From NCBI RefSeq assembly GCF_964204645.1, contig NC_134034.1:10800962-10864961 (forward strand): a stretch of DNA of 64,000 bases, read 5' to 3'. Of the stretch, positions 48,501-60,500 are shown piece by piece. The stretch's first letter is position 1. Each line of letters opens with the position of its first letter. The notes beneath the pieces were generated by a model. It was not told the DNA's origin. It saw nothing but the letters and a program-made list of their open reading frames with translations, and searched no databases. The stretch is from Tubulanus polymorphus (lineage: Eukaryota > Animalia > Nemertea). A program made the position numbers and the translations under genes.

Positions 48501-51500
48501 CAACTCGATATCAATTTCATCCTGGAAATAAATTCAAAAAAAAAATTCAAAAAAACTTTTTTCCCAAGAACTTTCGAATATTCGTAATAATAATATGATC
48601 ATAATTTTGGAAAAGTAAAATTTTGTAATTTCGGTATCGACGCGTCTGCTCTGACCTCCTCTTTGTTGCTGTCCAACGATTCGACGTCCATCGGTTCCTC
48701 TTTCATTTTCGTAACCATAGCGAACGCCGCGCGGTCGTGACTCTCGGCGAGACTGACGACGGACGTCGCCGCCGGCAACAGATTCGATACGGTCATATTC
48801 TGCATCGGGAATCCGGACATCGCGCACGCCATTATCAACTACAACACAAAATAAAACATTTGAGATCATTTTTATGGGTCAAAAAATCTAACGGTAAAAA
48901 ATGCCTTAGATTATCATGAAAGGCTTTTATAAAGTCTCTCAGATTGTCACCAGATGGCGTTTCTAATGTGTCTCAGATTGCCACCAGATGGCATTTCTAA
49001 ACAGACTCAGATTGTCACCAGATGGCGTTTCTAAGAGATTGCCACTAGACAGCGTTTTTGGAACGCCTCATTTTGTCACTAGATGGCGTTGTAAATACTG
49101 ACCTCGATACATTGTTTAATCCAGAAATGTCCGGCCATCGTTTCCCAGTTCTGACTGCAGCAGATGTACAACAATCGTTCGTTCACGCGGCGTTTGATGC
49201 TGTTATCGAAAACCTCGAAGAATTTCTGTCGAATCGTCGGTTGATTGCAGCGTAAACCGGCGAGGAACGCCTGCTCTAGTTTGGACGTCAATTCGCTACC
49301 GGTCAAACCTTCATCTCTACACGAAAATAAACCACATTCAAAATAGCTTTTGATAATCTTTAAAACCTGGGCTCGGTTTGGAAAATGTTAAACGCAAACT
49401 TTCTGTTTAATCCCTTTTATTTTCGAGGAGTACTTCAAACTTAAATCTTCGAAACTTTAACATTTTCGTGAGCATTCTTTTTAGTTGACTTAGTGTATAT
49501 TCGTAGAGTAGCCGTGTTAACCAGGTTTAAAATAAGTAACGAGACGAGTAGTGCTGTATAGGTTAACTATTTATTTGATGCACAAGCTTTCGCTTTTGCT
49601 TCTAATGAATAGAAGCTTGATCAGGTGAATGAGTGGCTGTATGCGATCTAACAGTAACTTTTAAGACTGACTTTCAAAACAACTCTGAACCTCGTCTAAA
49701 CCAAACCACGACTGTGCAATTGGTTTTTGGTTTTCATACGGAGCCATTTCGGAAAAATTGCCTCCTTAACCGACAGAATTTAAAATCCTTCCGAGGAACC
49801 AGGCAATGTATTTGATGAAATATTTCGTTTCAGCATAATAATTTTGAAAATACCTGTAAATATAGTTGACTAACTCGAGGAACTGAGCGTTCAGATCGGT
49901 GTCTGTCGAGAATCGCTTCTCGACGTTCTGCATCAGTTTCACGAGTAAAATCGCTTTCTCTCTCAGAGACGGCGATTGATTTATAGCGATCGGCGTCTGA
50001 AAATAAACAATCAATATACTCAACAATTCAAGACCGTAGCAATAATAGAAACAGGGGTTGGTTTCGGGGTCGCCCGTTTCGTCAAGAGAGAGATCGTTAA
50101 AACCTGACACTTATTCTTTCGGAAATTGCAACCTTTCAGATGTATATTTCTTCAAAAATATCTAAAACTGAGAGCACAACCAGAAGGAATGACTTCTTCT
50201 GGGCACCGGCCTTCAAATTTTCACAGTTCCACCCCCGATAGAAACCAGTTCTCTATAGTTTTCAAGATTGAAATCCGACTCCAATATTGATAAACTGAAA
50301 CTGAACTAATTCTAATGCCAGTGGTTTTAACGGTTACCTTCGTTTTAACCCAATCTTCGACCATTTTCGTGATCGCCTTCAACACTTTATTGTCGCTAGT
50401 TTTTTCGATTAATCCGCAGAGAATCGTACCGATGAAACCCTTCCTCATTTCCATACTCATTACTCCGACTCGGTTCTTCACTAGATCTAAACTTAGTATC
50501 AGCAACTCACTGGCGACTACAACATACAATATACAACATACAATATACAACATACAATATACAACATACCATTTACAACATACCATTTACAACTAAATAG
50601 GACCAGGTTTCGCAACATTGAAGAAATCAATATCAACACACAGAAATTCAAGGCCCACTCAGCCAGATTGGAGTGAAACCGGATACAAGGGCTCATTTCT
50701 GAGGCAGTTGGAGCGATAGTCCCTTACCAGGGCTAGTTTTTGAGGAGGTTAGACTTACCAGGGATAGTTTTTGAGGAGGTTAGACTAACCAGGGCTAGTT
50801 TCTGAGAAGGTAAGAGTGATAGTTTCTTACCAGTGCTAGTTTCTGAGGCAGTTGGAGCGATATTCCCTTACCAGGGCTAGTTTTTGAGGAGGTTAGACTT
50901 ACCAGGGCTAGTTTCTGAGAAGGTAAGAGTGATAGTCTCTTACCAGGGCTCGTTTTTGAGGAGGTTAGACTTACCAGGGCTAGATTCTGAGATGGTAAGA
51001 GTGATAGTCTCTCACTAGTGCCAGTTTTTGAGGAGTTTGGAGTGACAGACACTTACCAGGGCTACTTTTAGAGCAGTTTGGAGTAAGACTCTTAACAGGG
51101 CTATATAGTTTCTGAGGAGGTTGGAGTAACACTCTTACCAGTGATAGTTACAGAGGAGGTCAGATTGACAGTCGTTTACCAGGGATAGTTTTGGATGAAG
51201 CCATAGTGATAGACCCTTTTTCAGAGCTGGTTGGAATGATATATACTTACCAGGGCTGGTTTCGGATGAAGTCGGAGTAAGATGTTCTCGCGCCATGCGA
51301 TGTAAAACCCTCATGAACGTTGTAATTAGACGGTCGATGTAACACGGATTGTGTAAACACGCCGCTTTCAGGATCATCAACGTTCCGAATAACTGAGGGG
51401 GTAACGCCGCCGGTGACCTGTTGCAACAATCAATTCAGTTAGATTTTGAATAATTTTTCGATGTACCGATATTTCTCACGATTAGTCAGGCTGGAACCTC

Positions 51501-54500
51501 AATATAATAATTTATCGGTTATCTAGAATTTCGTCCAAAATATGACGATCTTTATAGCTTCATGCTGGTTATGACAAACAGGGGCCAGTCGCTGAAAAGT
51601 TGGTTAAAGATAACTGGCTGATGCCATAGTAAAAATGCTATTTCAGTTGTCACTATGTCACCTATCCAATAGTTAACTCTAACAACTTTTGAGCAACTGG
51701 CCCCAAATTTTCAGGTCCCCTGAAGTTCAGTGAGGTTCACCTGTATTTAGACGGTGCAAAATGAGAAGTGAACAATTTTCTTTTTCTCAGGCCAGAAATA
51801 ACCGAATTCCCTTAAACATACTCTTAATTTTCATTTTCAATGAATGAACTTCGGAACCAGCCTTTAACTCAGAACTTTGATACAACTTCTTGAAATGATG
51901 GTTTGAAATGGCAAATGAAGAAATCTATTTTTTTTCAAATTCAAATTTCGTAGATTTTCATCTTACTTGTCGTAATTAGTGAGTCCCTCGTAGACGACCT
52001 TACTGACGCAGGCGTACAGACATTCGAGTTCCTCGTATTTCGACGCGACGTTCGACGTGGCCGGCTCCGTCGGGAATATACTCATCAGCCGCGACAGTAA
52101 ACTATGAACGGAGCGTATGACTTTCGAGTTCGGACACGTCATACACGCAGCTATACCGCGTTGTAACGGCTTAAAACTCGGCAGGACCGCCTCTTTTCTC
52201 TGAAAGTCAGAATATATTTCACCGATCAAAATAAAAGAATGAAACAGCAATTCAGACTTAAATTTAAATGAACAGTAACTATCTACAGTAACTGTACTCA
52301 TGTGAAAGCATACAGATTTCTCATGGTTCCCACAATTAGGCTACATGGATTCAAAATTCCCAAGTTTCTAATGAGTACCGGTATTTCATGCGAGATTTTC
52401 CTTTTTCTCCGATGGAAATCAGGCTCTCGTAAAAAATATAAACAAATACCATCGTATTACTAAAAGGATGTTAATATTTTAGCGGTGTTTGGTTGATAAA
52501 GGAGATAAGGTGATTTTTGAAGAAAAATTGACATCTTAGAACTATGCTATGAACTACCCAGTATGCTAAGATGAATTTCCCAAATATTTCCCTGGATTAG
52601 AGGAAAATCTATCGAATTCCCAAATAATTCTTTTCCAACTGTGAAAAATTCCCAACTTTTTCCCAATTTCCCAGTCCTTCCGGTAACGATTGTCTACTCA
52701 CCAGTATCGTCAGCAGGAAGCTCAGCAACTCGAGCGCCGTGCAAATATTCGGGAAATTCGGCTGATGACTTTCTACGGTCATCAAAACCTTATCGAACCA
52801 CGCCAACTTCAGTTCGGTGCTCGGCCAGATATCCGGTCGCAGCGCCATCTTCAACAGCGTAACGCATCGTCGCGACAACAGTTCGCCCGGCGAGTTCACC
52901 GTCGACGTCGATTCGTTCACCTTGTTGCCGCCGACTTGACACGCGATTCGTAACAGGAAGTTGACGACCGCGTCGCAGTATTGTTTGTCGAGAGGTTTGT
53001 TCGATTCGGCGGTGCTTCGAGACGCCTGCAAACGATCGTAGCGACTCGAGTATTACTTTCGATAATTGAAAATATCGTTAAAAGTTCGATGACTTTAGCA
53101 GACGTTTCACTGTTGAACTGTTCGAGTAGAACCCGGTGAATTGATAAAACTTTATAAGTTAAACCCGATCACCAAAAACCTGAACGACCCCATTAAACAA
53201 AAACATGCTAGAAGAGACCAGAGGGATGGCAGTTGTGAAGTCATTGCTTGGATTTAAGACCAGTCTAAGCTCATTTTAGTTCTATAACCAATCTAACAAC
53301 TTAAAATTACAATTTTCGGCCATTGGCGATCAATCCAAATTTAGAAAATATTGGCAAAAACCATAGGAAAGGGTACAGTACTCGACGGAAAGACCAGTCT
53401 AAGCTCATTTTGGTTCTATAACCAATCTAACAACTTAAGACCAGTGTAAACTCATTTTGGTTCTATAACCAATCTAACAACTTATGCCCAGTCTAAGTTC
53501 ATTTTGGTTCTATAACCAATATAACAACTGAAGACCAGTCTAAACTTATTTTGGTTTTATAACCAATCTAACAACTCAAGACCAGTCTAAGCTCATTTTG
53601 GTTCTATAGCCAATCTAACAACTCAAGACCAGTCTAAGCTCATCTTAGTTCTATAACCAATCTTACAACTTAAAAACAGTCCAAGTTAATTTCAGTTCTA
53701 TAATCAATCTAACAACTTCAGACCAGTCTCAAACGATCGAAGACCACTTTTGGACTTGAGTCACAACTGCAACCAGGCCCAGTTTTATGAAAGAGTTAAA
53801 ATCAAATTTTTGAAAAGTTACATCTTCGTTTTGAATATCTCCGATATCTACAACAACAATCGAAACCGTTTTAATAAGCTTCAATTCTTTCATGAAACCG
53901 GATGTAGCAGGACCAAGTTTTATAGACCAGCCGGAGCGCCGTCTATAAAACCTGTTCCGCTGAGAGAGACCAACAATCACCGATAGTTACCATCATCCGA
54001 GCGGAGGAAGAAGCGTTTGATGCGTCTGCCGCCGATGAGTTTATAAGCTGTTGAGTTCCGGTCGGCGAAGCGAGGTTATAAGAACTCACGAGATTTGAGG
54101 ACGAGTGACGAGCTCGTTTTGGATCCTGCGGCGATTCGACCGACGCTTGACGTTTTATACCGATTGTCGTCGTCGGCGTCGCAACGACAGGCGCGGGCGG
54201 TTCCGTGTTCGTTACCTAACACAAAATATAGATGGCGTTATTTCTGTTATTTCGAGAACGATCCTTTGATGCAAGAAATTTCTAACAAGGGCTCTTTGCG
54301 GTTCTATAGAAAATCTAACAACTTCAGATCAGTCTAAGCTCATTGTGATTCTATAACCAATCTAACAACTTAAGACCAGTCTAAGCTCATTTTAGTCCTA
54401 TAGCCAATCTAACAACTTAAGACCAGTCTAAGCTCATTTTGGTTCTATAGCCAATCTAACAACTAACGACTTCAGATCAGTCTAAGCTCATTGTGATTCT

Positions 54501-57500
54501 ATAACCAATCAAACAACTTAAGACCAGTCCAAGCTCATTTTAGTTCTATAGCCAATCTAACAACTTAAGATCAGTCTAAGCTCATTTTGGTTCTAAAGCC
54601 AATCTTACAACTTAACATTAGTCTTCAGATTTAAGACCACTCAATTTAAGAAAATTCAGTCTTGACTCTCAAACCTGTTGGAGGTTAGAATCTTTACTGA
54701 ACTCAGGGGTCAAATGGTTTTTTAAGACATCTTAATTCGTAGCGACGGTTTTTCTTACCTCTACTGGTTCAGCGCTTTCGTCTTTAATTCTCTGCATTTC
54801 CCATTTGATGATGACCTCGGCGAGATCGACGGCAAGCTTACGATGTTCAACTGTCCCCTGAAAATATAAACAAAACTCATTCAATAAATCTACAGAAAGA
54901 TTTTAGACCGTGAGAGTGGTGAGGGTCAGGTAGGGGAAATGGACTTACATTGGGAGTGAATCCTAAGCGTTGTATCGAGCTGACTATGTGTTGTATCAGG
55001 TGATGCCGGACCGGATAATAAACTTTGTGATGTCGCACTAACAGTTGTCTGAAAAAAGAAATCACCCAGAAATTCTCATCGAGCCATTCGGAAATTTTCT
55101 TTTCTTCATCTCGATTTTCTCGAACATTTTCACTACTCACAGTATGTGCACGAGTTGGGCTAAAAGATGGCCTTCTTCGACGATGATTTTCTTCGTCCAA
55201 TGAGTCAACATACCCTAAAACAAACAAATGAGAAGATTCTTTGTAACAGCAGATTACAGCAAAATGAATAGTAGTCTCTTTGTTCTGAATTGTAGGCTAT
55301 ATAAACCATATTAAATCATAATTTTGTTTTAACTTTAGAATGCCTGAAGATGACTATCAGGATACAGTCGAAACAGAAATAAATAATCAACTCAACAAAA
55401 CTTTTTCAGACTTGTCCTTAGTGTTGTATATCAATGTTACATCACTGAATCAATGGTTAACACCGCAAATCGATCATTACTCACATTTCCATCTTCCATA
55501 CGTCCAGGCATCGCAGGTGTCAATATCTCTAACGCTTGTCTGATGACACTCTTAGCTTCCACGGCGTGCGCTTTCAACAAACTATGAAACACCTGAAAAT
55601 AGGAGCAGAGAAAACGTCATCGAAAATTCAGAACAAAAGGGAAAGAAATAATTTCAAGAAATGATTAATTCTACCTGTAAGACGATGCGTTTGTGGATGG
55701 CAAACTTCGCGATGATGTGAGCGAGCAGAAGATGGCCGTGATATTTGGTCGCCGGGTCGACGCAGGTTTTCGCGAGTAAACACGGCCAGGCGAACGTCAT
55801 CAGGCGTCGTAATTTATTTCCTTGTTTCCTGAAATTTATCGAATGGAATTGTGATTTGTTTGATCCGAAGAGCAGACGGATTTGTAGAAAGAGAAAAACA
55901 TGAGAATGAGTAATTAGGGGGTTGGTAAAGAACTCATTCTGACAAACATGATAATCATTTTAAGTCTTGACCACAATGATTTTTTCAGTTAAAACGAATA
56001 TTCAAATTTTGAATTCAACCGTCTGCTTACTTGTTTCCGGCGTCGTGTATATGTGGCGCCGCTTGTTCGACGAGTAACGACGAGAATTGTAACAACAGAA
56101 TCCGGACGGCGTCGGACGTCCCGAACGGATTATCCGGGTCGATGACTTTATTGACGAACACGCTGATCACGTTGTCAGCGTTATCCTGCTCGGGCGCTGG
56201 AGCGCCACCTATCAGTTTCTCGCCTTCGTTCTTCTCGAACGAAACGGCGAACGACGGAATCAGAATATACTGTAAAATCTGCAAAACGTAAATCAAGCAT
56301 CGGTAAACATTCAGGATTCGGGATGGTTAAGTCTTCGACCGGGTCAAAGCCCAGCTCGAGATGAATTTACCTTCGCCTTGAGATCTTGCGGCCAGTTTTG
56401 ATCGTGGAAAATATCGACGAATTTGAAGAACGCTTTTCTTTTCCACTCAACAACATACGTCTAAATATACAACACGTACTTTTAATAAATCCTAGTTTGA
56501 ATTTATCCATAATTTTATGGATAATTCTTGTAACATCAAAATCTTTAAGAGTCAAATTTACATAAACGTCATAACTGTAAAACTGACTCCCATTCGATAG
56601 ATCGAGGACCCAGTTCGAAAGTTCCATCTTAGATTTTGACTCAAAATTCCAAGTAAAATTTCAACTCTGACCGAAGAATCAGGTTCTCAAAACTTACGTT
56701 CGCGACTGTTTTGTCGATGAAATCCTTGACGAAATGAAATTGCGGAATGAACCGATTCGTAAAACATCGCAACAGTTGAAATAATAGTTCGATTTCACTC
56801 GGGTGATGTCTGAAATAAACACGCAAAAAAAAGAAACAATTTCGTGAAGAATAGGAAAAAATTCTCAAAATTTCGGTTTCAGAATTTCGGGGGGTTTCTT
56901 ACTTGAAATAAGCGAGTAAGATCTCAACTAGAAGTCTCGGCTCTTCCCAATGAGCGTAATCCATTGAATCCTTTTCGAAGAAAAAAAACCATGAAAGAGA
57001 AATTCATATTTCATCAAAAACTTAATGAGAGAATTTTCCGAGAACGTTAAAAAATAATCAAGATATGAAATTTATATTCAAAATTTTTCTGGCAATTGAG
57101 AATTTTCGAAGAATTTCTCGAAAAACTTACAATCTTTTTGTGTTTTTCCACGAATTGGTCGGAAATCCAGATTTTACCGAGGCTTTGCACCTGAAATTAA
57201 ACAACTAAGACTTTAGAACAAATTCAAAACATGAAACCGGTACAAAGCGACAAATTTCCGCGGCGAACTTACGACTTGAGGATACTGCGATAACCACGAT
57301 TCGTCCATTTTCGTCAGAACGTTTATGATATAAATAGCCTGATACTGTAACTCGGCTTTCATTATCGGGTCGGCGACCGGTGCCGGAGTCGGCTGATTGG
57401 TCAGCTGTATCTGAGCATACGCCATATTTATCAACCGGTTCGGATTCGATTCGAGCACCTCGCGGAACGGTTTGCCGTCTTCGTTCTCCAGCAATTTCTG

Positions 57501-60500
57501 TTCAGAAAATTACAAAATGAATTAAATCAAAGGGGGTCGCGGCGACTTTAATTTGACTATTTTCCCGATTATTCCCTGACACGCACGTTTTCTTTCCCTG
57601 ACTAGATCTACTAAGAATCCAAACGATTAACACAGTCGAATATGTCGGACATAGACGGAACTGATTATATGCACAATCTAGCAATGGTAAACAAAATTCC
57701 TGACTTTCTCCTGATTTTTAGCCTTCTTAACCCTTTCAGTGCGTCTACACTGCAGTGCGGTGTATGAATCGGTGATGGATTTTGCTAATGTCTATTTATT
57801 AATTGATGAGACCTGTTTTTCTGGGATATTTTGCTTACTTTTTGGGGTACATACCTAATTTATGTCTTAACAGAATGCTAAAAATCGCGGACAACAACTG
57901 AATATCCGATATATTTCCAGTTCTGTACCAATTAGATGGATTGGCAAAAAGACTCCTTAAGTCCAGTTGAATGAGAGAGAAAATCCTCCATTTTGTCAAA
58001 TTTCTTGGATTTGAACATTGTTACCATGCCTACGCCACCCTGATTTAGTTGTTGAGACCCCACAAGAAAAATAACTTCATTTCGTAGGCATGGTGACAAT
58101 GTAAAAATTCAAGAAATTTCACAAAATGGAGGATTTTCTCTCTCATTCAACTGGACTTAAGGAGTCTTTTTGCCAATCCATCTAATTGGTACAGAACTGG
58201 AAATATATCGGATATTCAGTTGTTGTCCGCGATTTTTGGCATTCTGTTAAGACATAAATGAGGTATGTAACCCAAAAAGTAAGCAAAATATCCAAGAAAA
58301 ACAGGTCTCATCAATTAATAAATAGACATCAGTACACCGCACTGCAGTGTATTGATGCAATTGGTAATTAGTTTTTATCTTTATTGAAAGATGGCAGCAC
58401 CTGTCGAACATAGTGAAATATTAGTAACTAACGATACACCGCGCCAGAATGTAGACGCACTATAGTGGTATTCCCGTTATTCAACGCACTAGGGTGGAAT
58501 TTTTCAAAATTTTCAAATTATCGCCAGCACTATAGGGTATTTATTAGTCTGCATTGAAAGGGTTAAAGAAAAGGAATTTCCCTGACTTCCCTGATTGCCA
58601 GGTAAGTGGCCACCCTGGTCAAACTGCTGGATCTAGTTCTAGAGTTGTGGGTTAAATTTGACTCCACCCTTAGAATCAGTTCATTTTCAATGTTACCAAC
58701 TGTTTAGAGTCAAATTTCCACGGACAACTTCCGAACCGGCTTCCGTCGTTTGGAAATACGACGTTTGAAATTTCAAATTTCGACTCACCGCGAAGAATCT
58801 GTTGAACTGTTGATCGACGATGTTCGTGTCGCTAAGGAACAATTCGACCGTCTGCTTCGAGTATCGTAGCAGAAATTTCATCAGCGGTTCGTGAAACGGA
58901 CTGGCCGCCTTAAAAAAATACCCGAGACACCAAGATTAGTTTGAAAGACTCTCCGATCAGACCTGCTGCGAAATAAAACAGTAACTCTACCTCAATTAGA
59001 AGAGATTTTTCTCCTTTCAGAACCTGCGATACGAGAGGGTCGATCATTTTCGGAGACGCCGCCGGAACCAGGTGAAATATGTTGATTATCGCGGCGCAAA
59101 TTTTCAAATCCTAGAAAGGAAATTAAGAAGGCTTAAAACAGCGTCCAAGCAGGGTCCAAGAGCTGAGAAAATGAATGAAAGCTACTCAAGACTCAAGATT
59201 AAACTTGACTGGAAACTGTGGAGCTTTTATACAGGTGTTCAACTAGAGAATCCACTAACCGTAGAAATAACTTGACCATTGATTTTAATTTGTCCGTTTT
59301 TCTGCTCGGTAATCGCTTTGTCCATCCATTTCTTCAAATGAGTCTACAAAAAACGTGGATAGGTTAGATTCAAATTTCGGCAGTAAACCACTTTGCTTTA
59401 GATTCCAAGTTTCTTATCAAGAAAACACAGGAAAGAATTGAATCAAAACATCATCATATGGTGAAATAAAGATTTTTTGTTTACTGTTGGGGTCGTTACA
59501 TCTTAATTTTCAGTATCATCAAATAATCTTCCTACCAAAATCACGTGCTGTACTCACCAGTAACTGATCGCACAGACGCTCGCTGAACGTGTTCGGGAAC
59601 AGTTGAGTCAAATACGACAATCGTTGGATCACGTTCAAATTCAAACTGCGATAATCGCCTAACATCAACAACAGAGGCCGCATCGCCGTGTGAACGGTCT
59701 CCATTTCCATCGCGTTGCCGTCGATAAACTGTAAACGATACGAGGAGCAGACGCGATCTGAGTTAACAGATGTAATTGTTGGAAAGAATGCTGCAGAAAC
59801 CGTGATTTCAAAACAAAATTTCTAGATAATTCTCTTGTAATCAATATCTGATGTCTATTTCAACCTGACTTGAGAGCATTCCGGGTGGCCTAGCTCAGTC
59901 AGTTTTAGTAGTACATACCTGATAAAAGTCTTATTAGGACCACATTGTAAAAGTTTATTTTTCTCACTGTCTCAAGATTTTAAATCTCATCTTCAGTCTG
60001 AATTTCATTACAAGCGAGATCCTAATAAGACTTTTATCAGGTATGTACTACTAAAACTGACTGAGCTAGGCCACCAGGAATGCTCTCAAGTCAGGTTGAA
60101 ATAGACATTAGACTTATCTACATAAATGAACAAAAGGAGAAATATTGTTGTGAAGTAGTTACGCAAAGATGAAGAATCATAAGAAACAAACCTTTTTCAT
60201 GCATTCGTAAGCGCATTCTTGTAAATCATTGTTATTGCTATTCAACGCTTTATAAAGAACGTTGAATATTTTATCCCTGCATTGCGGTATATAATGACAA
60301 GCTGCCAGCGCTCCTGAATATCGGAGATGAAAAACAAACACAAGAGACGTTGTTGTTAATATTCTATATTCAGCTAAAATAGCATTGAAATTCAAGACTC
60401 AGTTCCACAGCTCAGGGCCCAGTCAGGATCCAGACTGACGAAAAAGGTTCGATTTAAAATGGTTTATACTTCATGTTTTCAATAAGGATAGCAATTCAAA

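Noticed and set aside
50050-50100. Hammerhead-like ttgacgaaacgggcgaccccgaaac on the minus strand
   Set aside because: Core is degenerate and no cleavage triplet or stem I partner is evident
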